From contig JAYTOU010000033.1 of the NCBI GenBank assembly GCA_043747615.1, positions 32,001-96,000 of the forward strand: a stretch of 64,000 nt of DNA, in the 5' to 3' direction. Of the stretch, positions 45,184 to 54,498 are shown in pieces (position 1 is the stretch's first letter; each line of letters opens with the position of its first letter). The notes beneath the pieces were generated by a model. That model ran no database searches. It was not told the DNA's origin and saw nothing but the letters and a program-made list of their open reading frames with translations. A program made the translations under genes and the position numbers. This DNA comes from Myxococcales bacterium (GTDB lineage: Bacteria; Myxococcota_A; Polyangia; Polyangiales; Polyangiaceae).

Positions 45184-46898
45184 GCCCAGGCGAGCAATTT
45201 TTCCGGTGACCACGTGTTCGCAATTCGATCCGTATCGAGCCATGCGCGACCCGCGGTGAGCGCCGCGTAACGCACGTTGTCGAGCTCGTCGACGTGGTGC
45301 GCGTCGCTGGTGAGCACGAACGTCAGATCGCGACCACGCGCTCGCCGAAGGGCCTCCGCGGACATATCGAGGCGCGGAAGCGCGCCGTTCAGCTCGAGCG
45401 CCGTACCGGTTGCCTGCGCGGCATCGAAGATGGCCTCGAGATTGAGATCGATGGGCGGACGAGCGCCAATCATGCGCGCGGACAGGTGTCCGATCATTCG
45501 CACGGACGGGTCCTGCATGGCCGTCACGACGCGCTTTGTCTGCGCCGCGCGATCCAGATCGAAATGATCGTGAACAGAGGCCAGGCAAAAATCGAAGCCC
45601 GCCCGAAACTCGGCGTCGTAATCGAGCTCACCGTTCGGCCCGATGTTCAGCTCTGCGCCGTGGAGGAGCGTCATGGCGTCACCGAGCTCTGCCTGCATCG
45701 CCTTGATCTGCGCGCGTTGATCGACGAGCGCTTGGCGCCCTACGCCGGACACGGTTCCCTCCGCGTGATCTGTGATCGCCAGAACGCGGTAGCCCCGCGC
45801 GATTGCAGCGGCGACCATTTCGGCGAGGCTGGAGCGACCGTCTCCGGACACGGTCGTGTGCACGTGAAAATCGCCGATTACCTCGCCGGGAGGCTTGGGG
45901 AGCGTGCCGACCTCCGCCGCCTCGATTTCGCCCGCGTCCTCCCGCAGAACGGGGTGAATCCAGGGGAGGCCGAGCGCCTCGTAGATCTGTTCTTCGGTCT
46001 CGCTCGCGACGACTTTGCCGCCGTCGATCTCCGAGAGCGCGTACTCGTTGAGCGTCCAGCCGCGGGCAAGAGCGCGCATACGAAGTTTGATGTTGTGACC
46101 CTTCGATCCCGTGAAATACAGGCGCGCCGCTCCGAGCTGATGCGCCGCCACGACGCGAAGATCGACCTGCGTTCCGCGCCGGGTGACCACGCTCGTCTTG
46201 GCCTCGCCGCGCACGAGCACGCGATCGACCATGCTCATGGTGACGAGGGCTTCCATCACCGACGAGGCGTCGCTCGCAGCGACGACGAGATCGACGTCTC
46301 CGATGGTCTCGCAAAAGCGCCGGAGCGATCCGCAGTACGAGACGTGAACGACACCGGGCACTTCGAGGAGCCGCGCTTCGAGGCGGCGCGCGAGCGGAAG
46401 GGCAACGGAGATGGGCGTCCGTCCGAGGGCTCCTTGCTCCTCCAGCCGCGAGAGCGTCTGGGCAATCTTCTCCTCCGATTTCGCGCCGAAGCCCTTCAGC
46501 GCGCGGATCTTTTTCTCGCCGATCGCGGCTCGGAGATCATCGATCGATTGGACACCGAGCTCCGCGCGGAGACGATTCACCGCCTTCGGTCCGAGCCCCT
46601 GGATGCGCAGGAGCGCTACGACGCTCGCCGGGTGCTTCTCGCGCAGTCCCTGGAGCTTGGCGACTCGGCCGAGCTCGACGAACTCTCGGATCTTTTCGGC
46701 TGTGCCTTTGCCGATGCCCTCGATCTTTTGAAGCTCCTTCGCGCTGAGCTTGCTGAGATCAATGGCTTGCCCCGTGAGCGAATGAACCGCGCTCTCGTAG
46801 GCGCGAACGCGAAACGATTGAGGGTCGCCCTCGTCGAGGATCGTCAGCTCAGCCAGCTCCCGGAGCATCTCGAGGACGTCTTCTTTGATATCGCCCAT
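45168..46898 (-). CDS. polX: DNA polymerase X with PHP 3'-5' exonuclease domain
   Basis: FRVRAY, HhH GIGKG, GSLRR..TIGDVD, VDLR and FTGSK.HN; PHP motifs HVHT, TDH and SDAH; start MGDIKED at 46898. Confidence 0.93.
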   Translation of the reverse strand: MGDIKEDVLEMLRELAELTILDEGDPQSFRVRAYESAVHSLTGQAIDLSKLSAKELQKIEGIGKGTAEKIREFVELGRVAKLQGLREKHPASVVALLRIQGLGPKAVNRLRAELGVQSIDDLRAAIGEKKIRALKGFGAKSEEKIAQTLSRLEEQGALGRTPISVALPLARRLEARLLEVPGVVHVSYCGSLRRFCETIGDVDLVVAASDASSVMEALVTMSMVDRVLVRGEAKTSVVTRRGTQVDLRVVAAHQLGAARLYFTGSKGHNIKLRMRALARGWTLNEYALSEIDGGKVVASETEEQIYEALGLPWIHPVLREDAGEIEAAEVGTLPKPPGEVIGDFHVHTTVSGDGRSSLAEMVAAAIARGYRVLAITDHAEGTVSGVGRQALVDQRAQIKAMQAELGDAMTLLHGAELNIGPNGELDYDAEFRAGFDFCLASVHDHFDLDRAAQTKRVVTAMQDPSVRMIGHLSARMIGARPPIDLNLEAIFDAAQATGTALELNGALPRLDMSAEALRRARGRDLTFVLTSDAHHVDELDNVRYAALTAGRAWLDTDRIANTWSPEKLLAWAQARG

Positions 46899-46921
46899 GC
46901 GCACTGTGTAACCTTGACGGC

Positions 46922-48229
46922 GTGGCCAAGGAAGACGCACCGGAAGTACTTTCGATCGACGGGCGCGAGGTCAGCGTCACCCACCCGCTAAAGCCCTACT
47001 TCTCGAAAGAGACGAAGCTATCGAAGATCGATCTCGTCCGTTACTACCTCTCGGTTGCCGAGGGTGCGCTCGGCGGTATTCGCGATCGACCGATCGTGCT
47101 CAAGCGGTTCGTCGATGGCGCCGAGGGGCAGCCGTTTTATCAGAAGCGCGCGCCCGAGAAGCGACCGAGCTGGCTGCGCACGACGATCCTTTCTTTTCCT
47201 TCCGGACGCACCGCCGAGGAGGTGGTGGTCGATGACGCGGCCGGGCTCGCCTGGATCGTAAACCTCGGGTGCATCGAGCTGCATCCGCACCCCGTACGAT
47301 CTGCCGACCTCGACCACCCCGACGAGCTTCGCATCGACCTCGATCCAGGGCCCGGCGTCGTGTGGGGCGACGTTCGCCGCGTGGCTCTAGAGGTGAACGC
47401 GCTGCTCGGCGAGATCGGGCTCGTAGGGTGGCCGAAGACCAGCGGCTCGCGTGGGCTCCACGTGAACGTGCGGATTGCTCCGCGCTGGACGTTCACCGAG
47501 GTGCGTCGGGCGGCCATCGCTCTCGCGCGGGAGATCGAACGGCGCGCGCCGAGCATCGCTACTTCAAAGTGGTGGAAAGAGGAGCGCCACGGCGTTTTCC
47601 TCGACTACAATCAGAACGCGAAGGATCGGACGACGTGCTCGGCGTACTCGGTACGGCCCGTCCCCGACGCGCGGGTGTCGGCGCCTCTTCGCTGGAACGA
47701 GGTGCCGGAGTGCGAGGCAGGCGATTTCACCGTTCTCACCGTGCCCACGCGGTTCGCGGCGATAGGTGATCCGCACGCGAACATGAATGAGGCGTCGGGC
47801 TCCCTCGAGAGGCTGCTCGAGCTCGCCGCCCGCGACGAAGCCTCGGGTCTCGGGGACGCGCCCTGGCCTCCGCATTTCCAAAAATCGCAGGGCGAGGCGC
47901 CACGCGTTTCTCCTTCGCGCGCAAAAAAAACGCCTGCAAAAAAATCGCCGCGCGTGAAGATGCCGCTGCTCACCGTCGCGCAGTCGCCAGGCAAGGAAGC
48001 CGCGCTCGCAGGCCTCGAGCGTTGGAGAATCAAGCATCCCGACGCGGCGGCGCACCTCACCGTGGAAGACGTTCTCGTCGACTCCATGCGCGGACGATCG
48101 TCCACCTGGACGCGGGTGCGCGTGAACCTGCGCAACGTCCCGGAGGCCGTGCGACCCGCGCAGGAGACGCCCGATCCGGATGACGATCCCACCCGCGGCA
48201 AGCGCGCGCGCGCGGTCACCGAGTCTTGA
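46922..48229 (+). CDS. Stand-alone LigD-type primase-polymerase (Prim-PolC-like) with C-terminal extension
   Basis: FYQKRAP, PDELRIDLDP, KTSGSRGLH, WWKEER.GVFLDYNQNAKDRT and SAYSVRP motifs. Confidence 0.9.
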   Translation: MAKEDAPEVLSIDGREVSVTHPLKPYFSKETKLSKIDLVRYYLSVAEGALGGIRDRPIVLKRFVDGAEGQPFYQKRAPEKRPSWLRTTILSFPSGRTAEEVVVDDAAGLAWIVNLGCIELHPHPVRSADLDHPDELRIDLDPGPGVVWGDVRRVALEVNALLGEIGLVGWPKTSGSRGLHVNVRIAPRWTFTEVRRAAIALAREIERRAPSIATSKWWKEERHGVFLDYNQNAKDRTTCSAYSVRPVPDARVSAPLRWNEVPECEAGDFTVLTVPTRFAAIGDPHANMNEASGSLERLLELAARDEASGLGDAPWPPHFQKSQGEAPRVSPSRAKKTPAKKSPRVKMPLLTVAQSPGKEAALAGLERWRIKHPDAAAHLTVEDVLVDSMRGRSSTWTRVRVNLRNVPEAVRPAQETPDPDDDPTRGKRARAVTES

Positions 48230-49298
48230 AGATGTTTGCGAGCTCGTGGGGCGCGACGACCTCGAGCTGTGCGAAGGTGCAGTCCGCGGGTTTCTTGTCC
48301 GTGCGCCACCGTCGAAACTGCGCGGTGTGACGGAAGCGCGTGCCCTGCATGTGGTCGTAGGCAACTTGAACGACGAGCTCGGCGCGCACGGGCTCCCACG
48401 AGAGATCCTTCCCCTGGCTCCATCGGCTTTTTCCGCCGGGCACGCGCTGACCGCTTCCCTCCAGTGAGCCTTGTTCCGCCCACTCTTTCCACGGGTGCCC
48501 AGCGAGCGCGTTCTCGCGCAGCGGGGCCAAGTAGGCGACAAGCTCGCGCCGTTTTTCCGTAGTGAAGCTCGACGACACGCCGACGTGCTGGAGCGATCCT
48601 GCGTCGTCGTAGAGGCCGAGGAGAAGGGAGCCGAGCGCGGTCCCGGCACCGCCCTTGTGCCAGCGGAAACCAGCCACGACGCAGTCGCACTCGCGCTCGT
48701 GCTTTACCTTGAGCATGACCCGCTTGTTCGGCTCGTACGCCCCGCCCGCACGTTTGGCGATGACACCGTCGAGCCCTGCACCCTCGAAGCGCGTGAACCA
48801 GTCGGTTGCGAGCGCGCGGTCGCGGGTGGCTGGCGTCAGATGCAGAGGAGGCGTCGACGTGGCGACCATGCGCTCGAGCTCTGCGCGCCGCTCGCGAAAC
48901 GGTATGGCGAGCAAATCTTTGTCACCGAGCGAGAGCACGTCCCAGAGCACGATGGACGCCGGGTGCTCTTTTGCAAGGAGCTTCACGCGCGACGCCGCCG
49001 GATGCAGACGCAGCTGGAGTGTCTCGAATTCGAGCCCAGTCGCGCCTGCAATCACGAGCTCGCCGTCGACCACGCATCGCTCCGGAAGCTGGGATTTCAC
49101 CACCTCGACGAGCTCCGGAAAATACCGGTCGAGCGGCTTCCCGTCGCGGCTCTGGATGAGCACCTCGGCACCGTCTCGAAAGATGAGGGCCCGAAACCCG
49201 TCCCACTTCGGCTCGAAAATCCAGTCGTCTCCCTCGGGGAGCTCGAGGCCTCGCTTGGCGAGCATGGGGAGGAGGGGCGGATTGACGGGAAGCCGCAT
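48216..49298 (-). CDS. ligC: ATP-dependent DNA ligase (LigC-like)
   Basis: PMLAK, EPKWDGFR, RYFPE, DGE, LDGVIAK, KVKHER..DCVVAGFRWHK and RFRH motifs; start MRLPVNPP at 49298. Confidence 0.9.
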   Translation of the reverse strand: MRLPVNPPLLPMLAKRGLELPEGDDWIFEPKWDGFRALIFRDGAEVLIQSRDGKPLDRYFPELVEVVKSQLPERCVVDGELVIAGATGLEFETLQLRLHPAASRVKLLAKEHPASIVLWDVLSLGDKDLLAIPFRERRAELERMVATSTPPLHLTPATRDRALATDWFTRFEGAGLDGVIAKRAGGAYEPNKRVMLKVKHERECDCVVAGFRWHKGGAGTALGSLLLGLYDDAGSLQHVGVSSSFTTEKRRELVAYLAPLRENALAGHPWKEWAEQGSLEGSGQRVPGGKSRWSQGKDLSWEPVRAELVVQVAYDHMQGTRFRHTAQFRRWRTDKKPADCTFAQLEVVAPHELANIFKTR

Positions 49299-49342
49299 AC
49301 GGCCATCGTAATACTTCGCGCGCGGCGTGATAGAAAGACGGC

Positions 49343-50182
49343 GTGGCGACACCTCTTTTTACCGTGACTGAGCCGGAGCGATCGGAAACGCCGCTCGTCG
49401 TCGAGGTGCCGCACGCGGGGGTTTATGTGCCGGCCATCTACCTCGCGAACCTCGTTGCCCCCGCGCGCTCGATTGGACGTGACGCTGATCTCTACGTCGA
49501 CGAGCTCTACGCCGACGCGCCGCGCGAAGGAGCCACGCTCCTTGTTGCCCATACGTCGCGCTACGTCCTCGATCTCAATCGCGCCGAGGGCGACCTCGAC
49601 GACGAAGCGGTGATCGGCGGCCAAGCGAACGGCGCGCGCATGCCCCGCGGCCTCATCTGGCGCCTCACGACAGACGGTGAGCCGGCACTTGGGCAGCCGC
49701 TCTCCCGCGTCGAGCTCGAGGCTCGCGTGGCGGAAGTGCACCGCCCCTACCACGCTGCCCTTCGCGCCATCCTCGAGCGGAAGAAAGAAAAATTTGGCTA
49801 CGCGGTGCTCCTCGCCGCGCACTCGATGCCGAGCAACGCGCGTGACCCTGTGAGCCGCCGCGCTCCCGAAATCAGCTTCGCGCGCGCCGATGTCGTGCCG
49901 GGCAGCCAAGGTCGAACGACGTCCGCCGGCGTCTTCATCGATGCCGTCGACGCGCACGCGCGAGGCCATGGCTTCACCGTCCGCCACGACGAGCCGTACC
50001 GAGGAGGCTTCTCGACCCGCAACTACGGAACCCCCGCGCACGGAATCCACGCGGTCCAAGTCGAGCTCGCGCGTCGGCTTTACATGGACGAGGCTACGCT
50101 CCGCCGAGGGCCAAACTTCGACGCGCTGCGACAGTTTTGCCGCGCGCTTGTGGCGAAGCTTGGCCAAACAGCGCTACCCTAG
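49343..50182 (+). CDS. N-formylglutamate amidohydrolase family protein
   Basis: PHAG, D.DLYVDELY, SRYVLDLNR, PYH, HSMPS, PYRGG and QVE..RRLYMDE motifs. Confidence 0.9.
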   Translation: MATPLFTVTEPERSETPLVVEVPHAGVYVPAIYLANLVAPARSIGRDADLYVDELYADAPREGATLLVAHTSRYVLDLNRAEGDLDDEAVIGGQANGARMPRGLIWRLTTDGEPALGQPLSRVELEARVAEVHRPYHAALRAILERKKEKFGYAVLLAAHSMPSNARDPVSRRAPEISFARADVVPGSQGRTTSAGVFIDAVDAHARGHGFTVRHDEPYRGGFSTRNYGTPAHGIHAVQVELARRLYMDEATLRRGPNFDALRQFCRALVAKLGQTALP

Positions 50183-50190
50183 GGTCGTCG

Positions 50191-51153
50191 ATGCCGTCCC
50201 TTCCACCGGTCGAGCCTCCCCCCCCGCCGATGTCAATGACGTCGCTTCCGGTGGGAGTACCGCGCAGTCCGTCCTCGCGGCCGTGCGTGCAGCCGCCGGT
50301 CCTCGCGTCGGACATTCTCCGCGAAGAAGTCGCGCCGATCGCGCCCGGGCAAACGATCCTTCGCGTGTGGCTCGCTGGGTTTTCCCTCGTGTTCGGCCTC
50401 GCGGCGCTCGCCTCGTTCCTGGGCCTCGGTTCGAACGCGCCGGGCGTCTTTGGAGGCTCGCTCGCCACTGCGATCGTCGCCGCCGTCGCCGCGCTCGTCT
50501 CCGTTCCTTACGCCGCGCGGGCGTCGCTCGCGGTGGTCGTCGGTCTCGTTCCTCTGCTGATGGGCGTGGGGGGAGACGGTCCGCTCTCGGCCATCGGCTT
50601 TGAAGGGACCCTCAACGCAGGCGCCGGTCTCCTGACGGTCACCGCGCTCCCCGGCGCGCTCCTTTTTCGCGCGCGTTACCGAGCGTTCGCGGCGGCCCGC
50701 ATTATTTTGGGAGTGGCCCTGGCGGCGAGCGGTCTCTTTTTGGTCCTGGCCACGCTGGGGACGCTCGACTCAGCGGCGCCGAACATCACCCGGGTCGCCG
50801 ACGGGGCAGCCGTGATCACGATCCTGACCGCATTTTTCGGCTTTATGGGTGAAGAAACCAGCGGCGGCTGCTCGGGTTGGGCGGCCCTGCTGCTCGCCGT
50901 ACACGCCCTTCGCTTGGCTTCGCAAACGTTCGTGGGCGGCCTCGACAGCGGTCTCGCCGGTCGTTTTGGTCGCTGGGGATTCGTGGTGGGTGGGGTCGGA
51001 GAATTTTTTGCGTCGACCATCGTCGCGTACGCGATTTTTCAGCTCTTGGCGGCGATTTTTGCGAGCTCGGCCCGCAAGGTAGACGTGCACCGAATCGTGG
51101 GCGCGAGCGCCGAGACCGACAGCCGGCCGACGATGTCGTCCGAGTACCCTTGA
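50191..51153 (+). CDS. Hypothetical multi-pass membrane protein
   Basis: Pro-rich N-terminus followed by about 8 hydrophobic segments. Confidence 0.72.
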   Translation: MPSLPPVEPPPPPMSMTSLPVGVPRSPSSRPCVQPPVLASDILREEVAPIAPGQTILRVWLAGFSLVFGLAALASFLGLGSNAPGVFGGSLATAIVAAVAALVSVPYAARASLAVVVGLVPLLMGVGGDGPLSAIGFEGTLNAGAGLLTVTALPGALLFRARYRAFAAARIILGVALAASGLFLVLATLGTLDSAAPNITRVADGAAVITILTAFFGFMGEETSGGCSGWAALLLAVHALRLASQTFVGGLDSGLAGRFGRWGFVVGGVGEFFASTIVAYAIFQLLAAIFASSARKVDVHRIVGASAETDSRPTMSSEYP

Positions 51154-51178
51154 CAGATCGGGGTATTTGCTTCAGTTT
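51150..51178 (+). promoter_or_regulatory. Possible sigma70 promoter for rpmB
   Basis: Perfect TTGACA at 51150-51155, overlapping the upstream stop; only a weak -10 (CAGTTT) 17 nt later. Confidence 0.35.
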
Positions 51179-51188
51179 CCGCGGCCTC

Positions 51189-51419
51189 ATGGCGAAGAGC
51201 GACATCACCGGGAAGCGCAAACTCAAGGCGCAGAACGTCTCCCACTCGAACATCAAGACCAAGCGCTGGCAGAACGTGAATATTCAGACGCGCCGCGTCT
51301 GGGTTCCGGAGCTGAAACGCTTCGTCACGCTCAACCTGACGACGCGAGACATCCGCACGATCGACAAGATCGGCGTGACCGCGTACGCCAAGCGCCACAA
51401 CGCCAAGCTTCCTCTTTAG
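51189..51419 (+). CDS. rpmB: 50S ribosomal protein L28
   Basis: MAKSDITGK...NVSHSNIKTKRWQNVNIQ...RTIDK.G. Confidence 0.93.
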   Translation: MAKSDITGKRKLKAQNVSHSNIKTKRWQNVNIQTRRVWVPELKRFVTLNLTTRDIRTIDKIGVTAYAKRHNAKLPL

Positions 51420-51593
51420 AGCGCGGCGTTTCTTGGCGATACCGGCGCGATTCTGGCGTCGGGATTCGTCGCGGTATATGGAGTCCCGCTTCTTCCCCGC
51501 TTCTAAGACTCGCTTGGTCTCGAGGAGAACCGCCGCACTCTAGGCGGCGACGCGCGTGCCACCAAGGTGTGCAGCGAGGAGCTGGGCGAGCGT

Positions 51594-52598
51594 CTACTTG
51601 AAGGCCCGCGCTGTGAGACGAGTGCGGACGACGCCGACGGGGGCGCTCCCTCGAACGGAGCTCTCGGTCACCGCTTGGTCGGCCGTGGTGCCGCTCAGGA
51701 AGCTGGCGACGACGCTGGAGAGGAGCTCTTCTGCGGTGGTCGAGCGCGCGAAGCCGAGCGCGATTTCGAGCATTCCAGCGGCCTCTAGGAGAGCCATGGG
51801 CGCGGCAGCGGGGCGCGGCTCCCCGGGACGCACGCGGGTCTCCCCACGCCTCACGGGCGCGGCAGCGAGCGGAGCGGCGAGGTCGAGGGCCGCAATGGGG
51901 ATTCCCTCCTCGGGCGCTTCGTAGCAGGCGATCGCGACCCGCCCCTGCCCGTCGGCGGCAGCGATAATTTCGACGTGCCGAGACGACACCTCGAGATCAC
52001 GCCACGGCACGCTCGCTACGCGGCGATCGCCTTTTTTCTCGATGGCGCATTCGGTGATGGCCGGGCGCATTTCTCCGAGGTCAGCGATGGTGAGGAGTCC
52101 GCCGGCGAGTCTTCCTGCGGCCGCGACCAGCTCGCTCGCGAACGGCTCCTGAGCGATGGCAAGTGGGCCGCGACGCGCGATCTCCTGAAGGAGGGCGTGA
52201 CGCGCGGTCGAAGCGCTCTTGGCGAGGTCCAGCGCGGGGCCGAGCACTTGTTTCAGCGTGGACGAGTTCGCGATCGACCGCGTGGCCGCAAGGGCCGCCG
52301 CGAGGCTCGGTACGGCGACGTACGCGGGAGGCGGGATCTCTTCCTCGGAGACGAATCCGCGCGGGCGCGCCACGGAGAGCCCGGGTTGGCGAAGTCGACC
52401 GTCAACCGCAAGAACGCCCATGCCTGCGCCCCCGAGGAGCACTTGCACGGGGCCGAGGAGCACGGTCTTCGACACGGCGGCTGCGGCGAACACTCCTGCG
52501 ATGACGGCGTCGATGGCGCTCCCACGAGGAAGCATCGTGGCAGCGGCCTCTTGGGCGATTCCCTGCGTCGCGATGACCGCCCAGCGCGAATCAGCCAT
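51594..52598 (-). CDS. Degenerate, shortened gamma-glutamyltranspeptidase-like protein
   Basis: GSAIDAVIA, AVDGR...P, VAVPS, LGPALDLA, GGLLTIADL and DGQGRVA follow the GGT motif order; start MADSRW at 52598. Confidence 0.65.
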   Translation of the reverse strand: MADSRWAVIATQGIAQEAAATMLPRGSAIDAVIAGVFAAAAVSKTVLLGPVQVLLGGAGMGVLAVDGRLRQPGLSVARPRGFVSEEEIPPPAYVAVPSLAAALAATRSIANSSTLKQVLGPALDLAKSASTARHALLQEIARRGPLAIAQEPFASELVAAAGRLAGGLLTIADLGEMRPAITECAIEKKGDRRVASVPWRDLEVSSRHVEIIAAADGQGRVAIACYEAPEEGIPIAALDLAAPLAAAPVRRGETRVRPGEPRPAAAPMALLEAAGMLEIALGFARSTTAEELLSSVVASFLSGTTADQAVTESSVRGSAPVGVVRTRLTARAFK

Positions 52599-52600
52599 TC

Positions 52601-53326
52601 CTATTCCTGCTCGTCGTCGCGAACCTTCACCGACAGGCCACGCGGACGAACGACGCGACCCATTCCCCCCTCGAAGCGGCCGGTCGGGTGCTGGGCGAGG
52701 CGACGGAGTTGCTTGCACTCTGCAAGGGCCGACGACGTCTCCAGGATCACGTAGGCGTCGCGTCGGGTGCCTATGTTCTCGACCACCCGAGCAAGCGCGG
52801 ACTCACCGAAGGAGCGCGTCTCGCCCATCGCCCGCAGACGAACGTAGGCGACGGGGCCTGCGGGTACCGTCTCGCGCGCGGCATCCACCACCAGAACGAC
52901 CCCCCATCTTTTTGCGGCTTCTGCGGCGTCGTCGGTCTCCCATACGCCGCGCGGTTCCCAGCCGATCTGGGTCACGTCGCGCGGAAGGCGCTCGAGGACC
53001 TGCCCCATGCGATCGCGCCACACGGCGCTCGGGGTCACGTCTGCCGGTGTCTGAAGGAGAAAGAAGCGGGCCTGCAGCGTGTCGATCATTTGCTTGGCGA
53101 GAGCGAGATCTTCGTCGAGCGCCGCGGACGCTTTGAGCTGAGCGAGCTTCGGGCCGGCGATGATCGTGAACTCGAAGTTCGGAGGGACGGCTTTGCGCCA
53201 CTTGCGAAGCGCAGCGATCGTCGGAGCTCGGGCGTCTGCCTTCACTTCGAGAAGACCGAAACGCTTCGCGTAGGCCGCGACACTGCCTTGGAGATCTTTG
53301 GCGCCGATATGAAAGCGAGTGGTCAT
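52601..53326 (-). CDS. DUF72 domain protein
   Basis: YAKRFGLLEV, KWRKAVPPNFEF, LLQTP, WEPRG.W and YVRL motifs. Confidence 0.8.
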   Translation of the reverse strand: MTTRFHIGAKDLQGSVAAYAKRFGLLEVKADARAPTIAALRKWRKAVPPNFEFTIIAGPKLAQLKASAALDEDLALAKQMIDTLQARFFLLQTPADVTPSAVWRDRMGQVLERLPRDVTQIGWEPRGVWETDDAAEAAKRWGVVLVVDAARETVPAGPVAYVRLRAMGETRSFGESALARVVENIGTRRDAYVILETSSALAECKQLRRLAQHPTGRFEGGMGRVVRPRGLSVKVRDDEQE

Positions 53327-53336
53327 GGGAGGCGCG

Positions 53337-54239
53337 CTACCCTACCACCGGGCTCCCGAAGTGGAACCACTGCGTCGGATGCGCGGTCAAAAAGGCCGAA
53401 AGCGTGTCGGCGAGGGTCTGCGCGGCGGCATCGGACTCCTCCGCGGTCGCGCGGCGGGGCACGTAAATCGGGGGGTGGGCCTCGATGAGATAGGTGCGAA
53501 AACCAAGGCGCGCGCAGAACACCGGAAGGATCGGCGCCCCGGAGAGCTGCGCCAGGCGGAGTGGCCCCTCTGGAATCGCCCCGTCGGCCCCGAGAAGTCG
53601 CACCCGGTGACTGCGCATACCCTCGGGCACGCGGTCGACCTGGAGAGCCACGATCTGCCCGCACTGGAGGTGGCGAAGAAGCGGCAGCGCGGAGAGGGGG
53701 TCGCTTCCGACGTGGACGACGTTGAGGCCAATGGAGCGGCGGGCCTCGTCATGAATCTGCCGAGCACGCGCGTCACGCTCGGGCTCCATCACCATCATGA
53801 TCTCCATGCTGTAGTGATTTGCGAAGAGCGGCCCCGCGACCTCCCAGCCGCCGCTGTGGGCGGTGGCGATGATCACCCCTTTTTTCCCGCGCACGGACTC
53901 GTCGATGTGCTCTCGTCCGACGAGAACTTCGTCCGGCATGCGGGAGTTCTTCGAGCCGGAGGCGAGGCTCTCGGCGAGCGCTCCTGCGTAGGTGGTGAAG
54001 GTGCGCGCGGTATCGATGACGTCGTTGATGCGCCCGGTATCGCCGCGAATGCGATGAAGGTTGCGCAGGACGGCGCGACGCGCGGACGGGACAGCGATGG
54101 CCGCAACGAGCCCGAACACCGGCGGGCTGTAGCAAAGCCACCATTCGGGGCCGCGCTGCGCACCAAGGCGGGCCAGTTTCCGCCAGAAGGAGCCGTCGTA
54201 GGCGAGGGGGTTGCGCATGGGGTGCAGGAAAAGCACCAC
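53337..54239 (-). CDS. Lysophospholipid/lipid A acyltransferase family protein (LpxL/HtrB-like)
   Basis: GVIIATAHSGGWE, ALQVDR, GP.RLA..SGAPILP and HPTQWF motifs. Confidence 0.85.
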   Translation of the reverse strand: MVLFLHPMRNPLAYDGSFWRKLARLGAQRGPEWWLCYSPPVFGLVAAIAVPSARRAVLRNLHRIRGDTGRINDVIDTARTFTTYAGALAESLASGSKNSRMPDEVLVGREHIDESVRGKKGVIIATAHSGGWEVAGPLFANHYSMEIMMVMEPERDARARQIHDEARRSIGLNVVHVGSDPLSALPLLRHLQCGQIVALQVDRVPEGMRSHRVRLLGADGAIPEGPLRLAQLSGAPILPVFCARLGFRTYLIEAHPPIYVPRRATAEESDAAAQTLADTLSAFLTAHPTQWFHFGSPVVG

Positions 54240-54470
54240 GTACCCCGGCTAACGGTCTCCGGCTAGGGACTACTTCACGACGGGCGGCGGCGTCGGCGGC
54301 TGGCTGTCTGTCTGGATGCACGCCGATAACGAACGTAGGCTCGATTTGATCCGAGGGTGAGGCCGACCAGGAGCACCAAGGCCGCCGATTGGATCATCGG
54401 TGCATCAGGATGGCGGTGGTGAGGCGGTGAAAATCAGCGGCAAACACCGTGATCTTCGGGATGGCCGCCG

Positions 54471-54486
54471 TGGAACGAACCTTGCT
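54471..54486 (+). promoter_or_regulatory. sigma54 (-24/-12) promoter of the vWA lipoprotein gene
   Basis: TGGAACGAACCTTGCT matches TGGCACG-N4-TTGC(A/T) with one mismatch and exact GG-N10-GC spacing. Confidence 0.7.
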
Positions 54487-54498
54487 AAATGCAGTGGA

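Noticed and set aside
51420..51593. Possible ncRNA between rpmB and the GGT-like gene
   Set aside because: Only a short GC hairpin (CGCCGC..GCGGCG) is visible, compatible with a terminator between convergent genes. No tRNA, SRP or tmRNA hallmarks were recognised.
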